Of a DNA stretch of 64,000 nt, positions 1 through 12,258 are shown piece by piece (positions within the stretch are counted from its first letter, which is position 1; every line of letters begins with the position of its first letter). Under the pieces are notes generated by a model. That model made no database searches and was not told the origin of the DNA. It saw only the letters and a program-made list of their open reading frames with translations. Source of the DNA: Elusimicrobiota bacterium (lineage in GTDB: Bacteria > Elusimicrobiota > Elusimicrobia > UBA1565); contig JBDRPD010000025.1 in assembly GCA_043827405.1 (NCBI GenBank), forward strand, positions 24,238 to 88,237, given 5' to 3'. The position numbers and the translations under genes are program-made.

Positions 1-1975
1 GATCGAAGAACAGCGGGATGACCTGCTCCTCCAGCAGCTCGTAGATGTTTCCGGCGTCGGCCTCGTCGCGCTCGGGACCTTCCAGATGCTCGGTTGATTT
101 CGGCGCCCAGCCGTTGTGGTGGTTGAAGCCCTCCTCCCACCATCCGTCCAGAATGGAGAGGTTGGGAACGCCGTTAACCGCCGCCTTCTGGCCGCTCGTT
201 CCGCAGGCCTCCAGCGGCGCCAAGGGATTATTGAGCCACACGTCGACGCCCTGCACGAGATAGCGCGCCTTGTGCATGTCGTAGTCTTCGACGAAGGCGA
301 GGCTCCCTCCGAGCTCCGGGTCTTTAGCCATCTGGTAGATCCGCTGAATCATATGCTTGCCGCTGTCGTCGGCCGGATGGGCCTTGCCGGCGAAGACGAA
401 CTGAACGGGCCGCCAGGGATCGAGCATAATCTTCTTAAGCCGCTTCATATCCGAAAAGATCAGGGTCGCCCGCTTGTAGGACGCACAGCGGCGCGCGAAG
501 CCGATAGTGAGGGCGGCGGGATTGAGCAGCGAGCCGCCCGCCAGCACCTGCGAGGCATCGGTACGGTCTTCCATCCAGCGCCGGCGGGCTTTGCGCCGCA
601 GGAAATTCAGCAGCTGCCGCTTGCAGTGGACATGGACGTTCCACAGCACCTCGTCGGGTATGCCGTCGACCTTCGACCAGAATACCGGCTCGTCCTGCCG
701 CTCCTTCCAGTCCCGGCCCAGATGCGTGGTAAAAGTCTCCGCCAGCGCCGAGTTAAGCCAGGTCGGCATATGGATGCCGTTGGTCACGTGCTGGATCGGG
801 ACATCCTTGACCTTGCGGTCCGGCCACAGCGGCTGCCACATCTCGCGGGCGACGACGCCGTTACGCTTGCTGACGCCGTTGATGCGCCTGGTTAAACGCA
901 GGGCCAGCGCCGTCATGTTCCAGCCCGACTTGCCGGGGACGCGCGCCAGGTCCAAGAGCTCTTCCTTTTCCAGGCCGAGCTCCTCGCGGTAGCTTTTGAA
1001 ATATTCCTCGATCGTTTCCTCCGGGAAGACGTCATGCCCGGCGGGAACCGGCGTATGCGTCGTAAACACCGTGGTCTCCGCCACCTCTTCGCGGGCGTCG
1101 GCGAAGCTCATGCCCTGCTGCACGCGCTGCCGGATGCGCTCCAGGAGCAGAAAGGCGGAATGCCCTTCGTTGACATGGAAGGCGTCCGCTTCGACGCCGA
1201 GCGCCTGGAGTATGCGCACGCCCCCGATTCCAAGAACGATTTCCTGGCGCAGGCGCATCGCCTGGTCGCCGCCGTAAAGCCGCCCGGAGACCTCGCGGTC
1301 GCGCGGCTCGTTGCCCTCGACGTTGGTGTCCATGAGGTGGAGCCGCACCCGGCCCACATCGATCCGCCAGACGGTGACGTAGATCGGCCACGAGCCGAGG
1401 CTGAGCTTGAGCACGCACTTGGAGCCGTCGCGGCACAGCGCGGGCCGCACCGGCGACGAGTTCCAGTCGAGAATCTCGTAGTGGTTCTGCTGCCAGCCCT
1501 CGACTCCGATTTTCTGCTGCACATAGCCCTGCGGGTACATGAATCCCACCCCGGTAAGCGGTATGCCGAGGTCGGAGGCGGACTTGCAGTGATCCCCCGC
1601 CAGAATCCCGAGGCCGCCGGAATAGATCGGCAAAGAGTTGTGAACGCCGAACTCGGCCGAGAAGTAGGCGATACGGCGGCTATTCTCCGGATACTCGCGG
1701 CTGAACCAGGTATCTTCCGCGACCATATACTTGTCGAAATCTTCGACCACGGCATCGTAGCGGCGCAGGAACTCCGGATCTTTCGCCAGCCGCGCCAAGA
1801 CCGCGGGCTCGCACAGCAGCAAAGTCTTGACGGGGTTGTGGTTCGTCGTCATCCACAGCGTCTTGTCCACCGCCTTAAACAGCGCCCGGGGACCGCGGTT
1901 CCAGCTCCACCAAAGGTTGTAGGCGACGTCCCGTAAACGCTCGATGCGCTTGGGCAGCTTAAAACTGTTATTCAT
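1..1975 (-). CDS. glgP: Alpha-glucan (glycogen/maltodextrin) phosphorylase, 3' end outside window
   Basis: Absent from the ORF track because it runs off the edge. Read manually from ATG at 1975: MNNSFKLPKRIERLRDVAYNLWWSW...YFSAEFGVHNSLPIYSGGLGIL...HLLEQVIPLFF, typical GT35 phosphorylase motifs. Confidence 0.93.
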   Translation of the reverse strand, partial: MNNSFKLPKRIERLRDVAYNLWWSWNRGPRALFKAVDKTLWMTTNHNPVKTLLLCEPAVLARLAKDPEFLRRYDAVVEDFDKYMVAEDTWFSREYPENSRRIAYFSAEFGVHNSLPIYSGGLGILAGDHCKSASDLGIPLTGVGFMYPQGYVQQKIGVEGWQQNHYEILDWNSSPVRPALCRDGSKCVLKLSLGSWPIYVTVWRIDVGRVRLHLMDTNVEGNEPRDREVSGRLYGGDQAMRLRQEIVLGIGGVRILQALGVEADAFHVNEGHSAFLLLERIRQRVQQGMSFADAREEVAETTVFTTHTPVPAGHDVFPEETIEEYFKSYREELGLEKEELLDLARVPGKSGWNMTALALRLTRRINGVSKRNGVVAREMWQPLWPDRKVKDVPIQHVTNGIHMPTWLNSALAETFTTHLGRDWKERQDEPVFWSKVDGIPDEVLWNVHVHCKRQLLNFLRRKARRRWMEDRTDASQVLAGGSLLNPAALTIGFARRCASYKRATLIFSDMKRLKKIMLDPWRPVQFVFAGKAHPADDSGKHMIQRIYQMAKDPELGGSLAFVEDYDMHKARYLVQGVDVWLNNPLAPLEACGTSGQKAAVNGVPNLSILDGWWEEGFNHHNGWAPKSTEHLEGPERDEADAGNIYELLEEQVIPLFFD

Positions 1976-2018
1976 CTATTTCGGCTCCTATCTTCCATGG
2001 TATTTCACCGCGCCCGAA

Positions 2019-3080
2019 TCAGCCGCTGTTGCGGAACGGGTATGTGAGCTGCGGCGAATTCTTGATTCCGCGCCGCTTCAGGAAAGTCGCGACCACCTTG
2101 TTTTCCGCTTCCCGCCACTTCTCCTCGGGCGCTTCCAGCCCCACCTTGACCGAGCCGCCGGCGACCAGGCGATGCCCGCCGCCCCGGTTGCCGCCGCCGA
2201 GCATGGAACGGAGCAGCCAGCCGGCATGGTCCGTGAGACTATGCGTCCGCAGCGAGACATGCAGGCGCCCGTGGTAGCGCCCGGTGACGATGCACCAGCG
2301 CATTGTCTCGTGCGACAGGAGAAAATCCGCCATCTGACCCACGCGGTCCGGCGTGGGGACCTCGCGCAGGTGTACGCCGATGATGCGGCGGCACACGAAA
2401 GCGTCGCGGATGCCGTTGTACAGCATCTGAAAGAAGGACGCGGTGCGCGGCGGGTTATTGATGCGCCACAGCGCCTTCATATTCGCCTTGGGAAGAAATG
2501 CCAGATACGCCGCCACATCCCGCGGATTCGCTTCCCGGCCGAGATTCTGCGTCTCGGAAGTAATGCCGTAGACGATGGCGGTCGACAGCTTCTTGGGCAC
2601 CGGCACCTTCGCCTCCAACAGCGCCTCGGCCAGCAGCGTCGTCGTGGCGCCGATCGAGGTGTCGATATGGATGAAAGCCCCCCCCGTCTTCGGGTGACGC
2701 GGATGATGGTCGATCAGGATATCCGGATGGCGGCGGGGATCATAGCGGTTGTTTTTGAACGGAGGCTGAGTGTCGACGAGCGCGGTGACCGCCGCGTCTT
2801 TGTCGGATTTACGGAAAGGATAGGCCGGCACTTCAAGGCATTCGAGCATCAGCCGATTCTCGCCCCGGCCGAGCGCGCCGCCGTAGACGATGCGCGTGCG
2901 CACCCGGTGAAAAGACTTGATCAGATGCGATAGAGCCCAGGCGCTCGCCAGACCGTCCGGGTCCGGATGGTCGTGCGTCATTATGAGGAGAGGCCCGAGC
3001 TTGCGTCCGCGCCGCTGGATCATCGCGATCAGCTCGCCGGCCTGCGACCGCGTTTCCGTTTTCGCGTTAATTATCGTCAT
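2019..3080 (-). CDS. DHH/DHHA1 phosphoesterase, probable c-di-AMP/pApA or nanoRNA phosphodiesterase
   Basis: HDHPDPDG, VDT, IDHH and GGGHRLVAGG motifs; 4-bp overlap with the upstream cyclase. Confidence 0.85.
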   Translation of the reverse strand: MTIINAKTETRSQAGELIAMIQRRGRKLGPLLIMTHDHPDPDGLASAWALSHLIKSFHRVRTRIVYGGALGRGENRLMLECLEVPAYPFRKSDKDAAVTALVDTQPPFKNNRYDPRRHPDILIDHHPRHPKTGGAFIHIDTSIGATTTLLAEALLEAKVPVPKKLSTAIVYGITSETQNLGREANPRDVAAYLAFLPKANMKALWRINNPPRTASFFQMLYNGIRDAFVCRRIIGVHLREVPTPDRVGQMADFLLSHETMRWCIVTGRYHGRLHVSLRTHSLTDHAGWLLRSMLGGGNRGGGHRLVAGGSVKVGLEAPEEKWREAENKVVATFLKRRGIKNSPQLTYPFRNSG

Positions 3081-4258
3081 GGGTCGGATGTCCCGGCGAG
3101 GTCTTCCTGCGCCAACTGTATCTCGAGGAACGGCGGTTCGATGACGGTCACCTGCAGTCCCGCGGGCTGCGGCAGCTTGCTTTCGGCCAGCCGGGCAAGG
3201 TTCAAGCCCAGCTTGCTCTGCGACATATCCAGGCTGACCGCCCAGTCCCGGCTGCGCGTCCGATAGAAGTGCCGCATCTCGCCGACGTAGGTCACATCGA
3301 CGCTCGGCTCTTTAGGATGCGCCACCACCAGCCCGGCGGGGACGCTGCGCATCTGTATCGGGATAGTGTAGGTCCGCTCGGTGCTCTTGAAGCCCAAAAC
3401 GAACAGCGCCCACAGCAGGAGCGACGCTGAAAACGCGATCGCCTTCTCCCGCGAGTTTCGGCGCAAAAAAGCATGGAAGCTCTCCTGGGAACTCCGGGGC
3501 GACCGTCCGGACGAGAACTGCTGAATCCTTCGCTGCAGCTCGTCGCGTTTGCGCACCGTCTCCAGCCGGCCTTCGTGGGCGATGGATATCGTCCCCCGCT
3601 CTTCGCTGACGACGATGCACAAAGCGTCGGTGAGCTCGGAGAGCCCCAAGGCGGCGGTATGCCGCGTACCCAGCCGGGCGGTCTTGATGAACTCTTTAGA
3701 CAGCGGGAGCCGGCAGCCGAAGCGGGTCACGCGCCGGTTTTCGAGGATCATCGCGCCGTCGTGGCCGATGGAATGATCGTCGAACAGGCTGCGCAGCAGG
3801 GCCTCGGAGAAATCCCCGTTGAGCCGCCAGCCGCCTTCCAGGTGCCGGTCCAGCGGATCGGCGCCGCGCAGGACGATGAGCGCGCCGAGGCGCTCGCGGG
3901 AGATGTCCCAGATAGTCTGCACCAGCTCGTCGGACTCCTCGATTCCGGTCAGCGGTTCCTTGCCGCCGCTCAGGCTCCACACGGCGATGCGCTCGAAGAG
4001 GCTGCGCAGCTCCTCTTGGAATATCACGACCAGCGCGACGAGCAGGATGGCGAACAGGGCGTGGAAGATGCTCGTTGTCATAATCATGCCGGAGGCGCTG
4101 GCCAGCATGTAAACGGCCGTGAGCACGAGCATGCCCTTGGCGACGACGGCCGCCTTCGCCCGCTTGAACCAGACCAGCAGGGCGTAGATCAGGACGCCGA
4201 CTAAAACGACGTCTAGGATATCCGCTATTCCAACGGCTTTCAGGAAGGTTAAGAACAT
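3077..4258 (-). CDS. dacA: Membrane diadenylate cyclase (DacA/CdaA) fused to a C-terminal TM plus YbbR-like domain
   Basis: Three N-terminal TM helices, FQEELR, HDGA and GTRHTAA DAC motifs, VVSEERG; C-terminal TM then a YbbR-like region. Confidence 0.88.
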   Translation of the reverse strand: MFLTFLKAVGIADILDVVLVGVLIYALLVWFKRAKAAVVAKGMLVLTAVYMLASASGMIMTTSIFHALFAILLVALVVIFQEELRSLFERIAVWSLSGGKEPLTGIEESDELVQTIWDISRERLGALIVLRGADPLDRHLEGGWRLNGDFSEALLRSLFDDHSIGHDGAMILENRRVTRFGCRLPLSKEFIKTARLGTRHTAALGLSELTDALCIVVSEERGTISIAHEGRLETVRKRDELQRRIQQFSSGRSPRSSQESFHAFLRRNSREKAIAFSASLLLWALFVLGFKSTERTYTIPIQMRSVPAGLVVAHPKEPSVDVTYVGEMRHFYRTRSRDWAVSLDMSQSKLGLNLARLAESKLPQPAGLQVTVIEPPFLEIQLAQEDLAGTSDP

Positions 4259-4385
4259 ACGGGAAGCTCCGGCTATTATACCGATATGGCGCGGTCATTC
4301 CAATCGGGATTATTTTTCCGGCGACCGCAGCCGGCTCAAAAATATTAAAATATCCGTGCCTTTCCTTCTTTTTGGAGCAAAAACC

Positions 4386-7097
<2,712 letters not shown>

Positions 7098-7103
7098 CGC
7101 GGC

Positions 7104-8099
7104 ATGGTAAAAACAGCGCTGCTGCTCGCGGCATTAGCACCGCTGGCCCCCTGGGCGCAGGCGGGCACGCGCGTAACTGTAGACGGGCTGGATCCGCGCA
7201 TCGAACTGGGCGAGATCGCCGCCTGGCTGCAGGAAAAGCCGCCCCTGTCCAAGATCATCACGCCCGCGACCGAGTCCTACGTCGAGGACGTGCGCCGCCA
7301 TTTCGCCGCCTTCACCCGGCACCCCGCCGTCACGGGCAGCGTCCCCTTCACCGCGCCGCGAATTTCATCCGAATGGCAGGCCTTCAAGCGGCGCAGCCGC
7401 ATCCTCTTGGGCCGCGCTCCCGTCGCCGACAAAGAGGCTGCGGGCTGGGACGAAACCCTCCGCGCTTTCGAACGCGACACGGATTTTTCCCGCTTCTTCG
7501 CCGCCGCGGCCAAACGCTACGACCCGGCCCTCGACAAATTCCGCCAACGGCTCGCCGGTCTCGACTACGTGGGCATGATCGAGACCTATACGGGCATGCC
7601 GCTTGATGCCGAGGTGCGCATCATCTTTACGCCGATGATGGAAGCGCGCCAGCCCCAGAGCGGCGAGACCGCGCACCTGCGTGAAAGCGGCGAGCGCGTC
7701 ATCCACAATATCTTTTCCACCCTGCTGCTCGACAACCTCGGCGGCAAGGGCCTGCCCGAGGATGTGCCGCACCGCTTATGGCACGAAGCCGGACATGTTT
7801 ATCTTGATCCGCTCTACCTGAAAAACCGCGAGCTGATCGATAAGCGGCGGCCTTCCGGACTGTCGCCGGAGGAATGGCCCGACTATATTCAGGACCTCAT
7901 CGCCCAGGCTGTCGTGGTTCGTTTATTCACGGCCCACATGGGAGAGCAGGAGGGGGCCCGGCAGCTGGCCTATGAGGATGAAGAGGACGCGGCGCGGCTC
8001 AAGCCCCTGCTCGCAAGCCTGCGCCGCTACGAGAAAAAACGGAAGCGCTACGAAACCCTGGAGAAGTTCTACCCGGAGCTGATCCGGGCCCTGCGCTAA
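7104..8099 (+). CDS. Secreted hypothetical protein, DUF4932-like, with HExxH motif
   Basis: Signal peptide, DPRIEL near the N-terminus, HEAGH motif, C-terminal YEKKRKRYETLEKFYP. Confidence 0.55.
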   Translation: MVKTALLLAALAPLAPWAQAGTRVTVDGLDPRIELGEIAAWLQEKPPLSKIITPATESYVEDVRRHFAAFTRHPAVTGSVPFTAPRISSEWQAFKRRSRILLGRAPVADKEAAGWDETLRAFERDTDFSRFFAAAAKRYDPALDKFRQRLAGLDYVGMIETYTGMPLDAEVRIIFTPMMEARQPQSGETAHLRESGERVIHNIFSTLLLDNLGGKGLPEDVPHRLWHEAGHVYLDPLYLKNRELIDKRRPSGLSPEEWPDYIQDLIAQAVVVRLFTAHMGEQEGARQLAYEDEEDAARLKPLLASLRRYEKKRKRYETLEKFYPELIRALR

Positions 8100-8668
8100 C
8101 CCGAAACCTTGGCGTCCTGCGCCTTGCGCAGCACCGCCCTGAGGTGCGCTTCCATCTGCTCAAGGTTGAAAGGCTTGCGCAGATAGCCGTCCGCCCCGAT
8201 ATTGAGCGCCGCGGCCTCATCCTTCACGTCGCTGAGGCCCGAGATAACCACGATGGGAAGCTGCGTCAGCTTCAGGTAGCCGCGAACGCCGCGAATAACG
8301 GAGTAACCGTCGATGAGCGGCATGCGCAGATCCAAAACGACCATGTCGACCTTATACTTCACCAGCGCCTTGAGCGCATTCGCGCCGTCGGCCACTTCGA
8401 GCGGCCGGCAGTGCAGGCGATCGAGAATCATGGCGAGCAGACGGCGAAACTGCGGATCATCCTCGGCCACCAGCGCCGACAAGCCTTCCACCGGCGCCGG
8501 CGCGCCGTGAGCGCCGGGCTTGCCCAGCAACTTTTCGAAGGTAGCGATTTCGCCCGGGGTCAGGGGGTCGGCTATCGTCAGGGTGGGCCGGATGACGCTC
8601 GCGCCGCCGCTCACTCCGACGCGCGCTCCCTTCTCGATATTGAAGCCTTCCGGTTTCTCTTCCGTCAT
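8096..8668 (-). CDS. Single-domain response regulator with N-terminal extension
   Basis: VAEDD, LDLRMP, GADGYLRKP receiver motifs. Confidence 0.85.
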   Translation of the reverse strand: MTEEKPEGFNIEKGARVGVSGGASVIRPTLTIADPLTPGEIATFEKLLGKPGAHGAPAPVEGLSALVAEDDPQFRRLLAMILDRLHCRPLEVADGANALKALVKYKVDMVVLDLRMPLIDGYSVIRGVRGYLKLTQLPIVVISGLSDVKDEAAALNIGADGYLRKPFNLEQMEAHLRAVLRKAQDAKVSG

Positions 8669-8706
8669 CTCGTATCCTCGCAGGGAGTATAGAAAATAAT
8701 CGCCCG

Positions 8707-9609
8707 CTAGCTCTTCTCCGCGCCGGCATCCGCCGCCTTGACCAGATAGATGCCCGCCAAAACGAGAGGGACGCCCAGCAGCATAAAAACGTCGAGCCGC
8801 TCGCCCAACATCAATACGCCGAGGGCTACCGCCACCACCGGATTGGCATAGGCGTAAACAGAAACCAAGTCGGTGGGCAGCCGCTCAAGCGCGTAAATAT
8901 AGGCCGTATATCCGACCATGGTGCCGAACACCGCCAGGTAGACAATCGCTCCCCAGCCGACGGCATCGGGAGCCCAGCGCGCCGCTTCCCCCCGCAGCAG
9001 ACCGAAGACGCCCAGGCAGACGCCGCCGACTAGCTGCTGCAGCGCTATCGTCAGCACCGGGTCCGCCCGGGGCTGATGGCGCTTGACGTATACCGAGCCG
9101 TAGGCCCAGGCCCCGGTCGCCAGGCAAAGCATGAAGACGCCGAAAGAGAAATCCGTGCCGGGCGGATGCCGGCGCAGGTCCGGCCACAGCAGCACCAGCA
9201 TCCCCAGAAACCCCGCGCCCAGGCCGATGAGCGCCCGAGGGCGCAGCGCCTCGCCCTCCAGGCGGGCGAAGAACACCATCCAAAACGGGGCCGAGGCGAT
9301 GACCATGGACGCGAGCCCCGCCGGCACCCACTGCTCGGACCAGGTCAGGGTCCCGTTGCCGATGACCAGCAGCAGGAAGGCGATCAGCGCCAGGTCGCGC
9401 CATTCCCGCGGCGCCGGCCAGCGCCGGGATAAGCCGCCGCGCGCGGCGCAGTAGAGCAGCATCGCCGCTCCCGCCAGCAGGAAGCGCACGCCGGCGAACA
9501 GGAAAGGCGGCAACCCCTCCCGCACACCGATGCGTATCGCGATATAGGTGGTGCCCCAAAAGAAACAAACGGCGGCGAGCGCCCAATAGGCTTTAGACCG
9601 GCTCGTCAG
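8707..9609 (-). CDS. EamA/DMT family transporter; true start probably the CTG at 9609
   Basis: About 10 TM helices. The conserved first helix (AYWALAAVCFFWGTTYIAIR) lies in frame upstream of the track start at 9525. Confidence 0.85.
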   Translation of the reverse strand: MTSRSKAYWALAAVCFFWGTTYIAIRIGVREGLPPFLFAGVRFLLAGAAMLLYCAARGGLSRRWPAPREWRDLALIAFLLLVIGNGTLTWSEQWVPAGLASMVIASAPFWMVFFARLEGEALRPRALIGLGAGFLGMLVLLWPDLRRHPPGTDFSFGVFMLCLATGAWAYGSVYVKRHQPRADPVLTIALQQLVGGVCLGVFGLLRGEAARWAPDAVGWGAIVYLAVFGTMVGYTAYIYALERLPTDLVSVYAYANPVVAVALGVLMLGERLDVFMLLGVPLVLAGIYLVKAADAGAEKS

Positions 9610-10124
9610 GACAGCCCCAGAAAATCGCTCATCTGCCGCATCAGCGATTCGGAAAAAGGCGGCTCGTAGAGGCCGGGCACGCCGGCCTGCGTCTTGATGA
9701 TCTCACCGGTGGGCGTTGAAACGATGAAGTTCGGCACGCCGCCCTGCAGCGGGACCTTACCCTCCGCGTCGATGAGGGCGTCCGGACCGAAGTCGGGCGC
9801 GTAGCGCTTGACGTTTTCCAGGTTGCCGCGGCCGACGACGATGCGGGTATCGATATTCCTGGCTTCAAGATACTTATGCACCGCGTTGAGGAAGGCGGTC
9901 GAACGCTGGCAGATCCCGCACCACGGCGCCACGTAAATGGTCACGCACCGGGGCGTCCGGCACTGCCCGAGGTCGACGGTCCGGGCGCCGTCGAGCGTTC
10001 GCAGCTCATGGCCGGCGAGGCTCAGCGCGGCGCGCTGATTCGGCACGCTCTTGGAGAGATAGGTCAGCCCCAGCAGCGCCGCGAACGTCCCGCCGATCCA
10101 GTAGAGATGTCTTTTGTTCTTCAT
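9606..10124 (-). CDS. Membrane-anchored thioredoxin-fold protein
   Basis: N-terminal TM, APWCGIC motif, GVP cis-Pro loop; ATG overlaps the upstream stop. Confidence 0.7.
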   Translation of the reverse strand: MKNKRHLYWIGGTFAALLGLTYLSKSVPNQRAALSLAGHELRTLDGARTVDLGQCRTPRCVTIYVAPWCGICQRSTAFLNAVHKYLEARNIDTRIVVGRGNLENVKRYAPDFGPDALIDAEGKVPLQGGVPNFIVSTPTGEIIKTQAGVPGLYEPPFSESLMRQMSDFLGLS

Positions 10125-10675
10125 TTGATGAGCGCCTGTACCGCCCGAAACTGCGCATGCCTGGAATGGCCCATCCACTCGAACAGCGCCATCTCCACAC
10201 TGGAGGGCACCGCGCCCGCCAGCTCCATCTTCCGCCGGCCGATTTCGATATTCTTCGGATCGCGCGCCGACAGGGCGTCTTCGATCAGGTGCACCTCATA
10301 GCCGGCCGCGAGCAGCTGATGCACCGTCTGGTTCATGCAGACATGCGCCTCAATGCCGCAGACGACGACCTGGGGCCGGTCCAGGCTCGCCAGCCGCTCG
10401 GTAATGATCTCATCGCCCAAGCAGCCGAAGGCGGTCTTCTCGAATTTGAGCGCGCCGGCGGGCAGGGCATCGGCGAGCTCGGCGACCGTCGGTCCGAGCC
10501 CCTTGGGATACTGCTCGCTGACGACGACCGGCACGTCGAGCAGCTTGGCGCCCTCGATGAGGGCCTTGGCCTTGGCGATCAGGGCCCGAAACTCGTGGAC
10601 GACCGGCACGAACTTCTCCTGGATATCCACCACCAGGAGGACGGACTTGTTTGGATCGAGCAGGTGTTTGGTCAT
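10121..10675 (-). CDS. Isochorismatase-family hydrolase
   Basis: VVDIQEKF, EQYPKGLGPT, KTAFGC, GIEAHVC. Confidence 0.9.
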   Translation of the reverse strand: MTKHLLDPNKSVLLVVDIQEKFVPVVHEFRALIAKAKALIEGAKLLDVPVVVSEQYPKGLGPTVAELADALPAGALKFEKTAFGCLGDEIITERLASLDRPQVVVCGIEAHVCMNQTVHQLLAAGYEVHLIEDALSARDPKNIEIGRRKMELAGAVPSSVEMALFEWMGHSRHAQFRAVQALIK

Positions 10676-10706
10676 ATATCTGTGAGCGGGAACCGGAAGC
10701 TATATA

Positions 10707-11303
10707 TTACGAAACCTGCCCCTCTAATAGCGCGGCGAGCCGGTCCATATCCTCCCAGCCGTAGCTGATTTTCTCAAGCGGCACGAACTTGGCGGACATG
10801 GAGCCCAAAAGCCGTCCGCCGAGGTCCTCGTAAAACTTGCGCGTGGGATTCTTTTCCAGAACCCAGACGAGCATGGCCGCATGGCCGTGATCCCGCAGCC
10901 AGCGGACGGCCTCCCCCATCAGCCGCCGGCCGACACCTTTCTTTTGCCGCGCGGCCAGCACGTAGATGGCGTAGAGCTCGCCGGTGCAGCGCTCATCGCT
11001 CTCCCCGGCGGCGGCGAAACCGAAGCTCCCATGCGTCGTATCCTCATCGCCCCGCCGGCGCGGCCCGGCGGCGGCGAAGCCGATGATCCGTCCGGCATGA
11101 TCTTCGGCGACAAAGCAGGCATGCGCAGAGTCGTTTTTCCGCAGGTGTTCGCGCTGCGCCGCGGCACGCTTGGCATAATCGAGACCGGCAAGCAGGTCAT
11201 CCGGCATGATGCCCTGATAGGCCGTACGCCAGGTATCGACGCTGACCCGGGCGATGCCTGCGGCGTCTTCAACGCGCGCCGGGCGGATGGTGACGTCGTC
11301 CAT
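10707..11303 (-). CDS. GNAT N-acetyltransferase
   Basis: IRPA, QKKGVGRRL acetyl-CoA motif, N-x-x-RKFYE. Confidence 0.9.
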   Translation of the reverse strand: MDDVTIRPARVEDAAGIARVSVDTWRTAYQGIMPDDLLAGLDYAKRAAAQREHLRKNDSAHACFVAEDHAGRIIGFAAAGPRRRGDEDTTHGSFGFAAAGESDERCTGELYAIYVLAARQKKGVGRRLMGEAVRWLRDHGHAAMLVWVLEKNPTRKFYEDLGGRLLGSMSAKFVPLEKISYGWEDMDRLAALLEGQVS

Positions 11304-11482
11304 GGGAAGATTATTCCAGATTTTGCGACCGGCGATAATAGACCGGCGACGCCGTCAGGGCTTCGGCTCGAATCCCAGCCTCTGCCTGTTGGACCGATTC
11401 CACTTCTAGATTCTCAAGAAACCAAACGGGCCCACCGAGATCATTCCCGATTTCTGGAGGGCGGCAAGATAACCTTCGCGCG

Positions 11483-12016
11483 TCAGTCGGGTTTTGGCTT
11501 GAACCCAATACGGGGACGCGGGTGCTCCGGCGGGGACAGGAACTCATCGACGATCTCAAACAGTGTCCGGATGTCCCGGCCGTGCCCAAGGCTATCCTTT
11601 TCCAGCTTGCCCAGCCTCTCCGCCAAGTCCCTATGGGCGGAGATCATCTCACGCAGCTTCACAAACGCCCTCATAATGGCAACGTTCACGCGGATGGCCC
11701 GGGGACTATGGAGCACTCCAGAGAGCATGGCGACGCCCTCCTGGGTGAATGCAAGCGGGAGCTTTCTGCGGCCGCCCCAGCCCGAACTTGATGTCGCAAA
11801 TTGCGACATCAAGTTGTCGAACTCCTGCCGGCTCAATCCAAACATAAAGTCCTTCGGGAAGCGCTTTCCATTCCGACGCACCTGCTCGTTCAGTCGACGC
11901 GTGCTGACGGCATACATAGCAGCCAAATCCGAATCCAGCATGACTCGCCGTCCCCGAATCAAGAAGATGCGTCTGCCTATCTCTGCGGCGGGGACCAAAG
12001 CCTGTCCACTTGCCAT
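11483..12016 (-). CDS. ORF6N domain DNA-binding protein (phage/mobile-associated)
   Basis: IRGRRVMLDSDLAAMY, LNEQVRRN, RFPKDFMF, AFTQEGVAMLS, IMRAFV, C-terminal RIGF. Confidence 0.9.
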   Translation of the reverse strand: MASGQALVPAAEIGRRIFLIRGRRVMLDSDLAAMYAVSTRRLNEQVRRNGKRFPKDFMFGLSRQEFDNLMSQFATSSSGWGGRRKLPLAFTQEGVAMLSGVLHSPRAIRVNVAIMRAFVKLREMISAHRDLAERLGKLEKDSLGHGRDIRTLFEIVDEFLSPPEHPRPRIGFKPKPD

Positions 12017-12101
12017 ACCCGCATATACGAACGAGCCCCCGATTTGGTTCCCAAAAAGGAACGACACGCCTCAAAATAGTTTGAGACGTGTCGCGAAAGA
12101 G

Positions 12102-12186
12102 CGGAGGGGGAGGGATTCGAACCCTCGGGACGTTGCCGCCCACCGGTTTTCAAGACCGGCCGTTTCAACCGCTCACGCACCCCTCC
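12102..12186 (-). tRNA. tRNA-Ser(TGA)
   Basis: GGAGGGGTGCGTGAGCGGTTGAAACGGCCGGTCTTGAAAACCGG...GGTTCGAATCCCTCCCCCTCCG; long variable arm, G discriminator, CCA not encoded. Confidence 0.93.
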
Positions 12187-12225
12187 TGCGACGACAAACC
12201 GCTAAATCCTTTCCTCGCTCCCCAA

Positions 12226-12250
12226 ACTGACAACACTTTTGGCAACACTT
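12226..12250. repeat. 25-bp repeat ACTGACAACACTTTTGGCAACACTT copy 1 (putative integrase arm sites)
   Basis: Exact second copy at 14147-14171; internal tandem CAACACTT. Confidence 0.75.
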
Positions 12251-12258
12251 TGACGTCG

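Noticed and set aside
116..1936. Long plus-strand ORFs 116..895 and 1034..1936
   Set aside because: Antisense shadows of glgP, typical of high-GC DNA; the same applies to most overlapping ORFs in the track
11304..11482. Lower-GC spacer beside the ORF6N gene as a possible further att site
   Set aside because: I found no copy of the tRNA 3' end or of the arm repeat here
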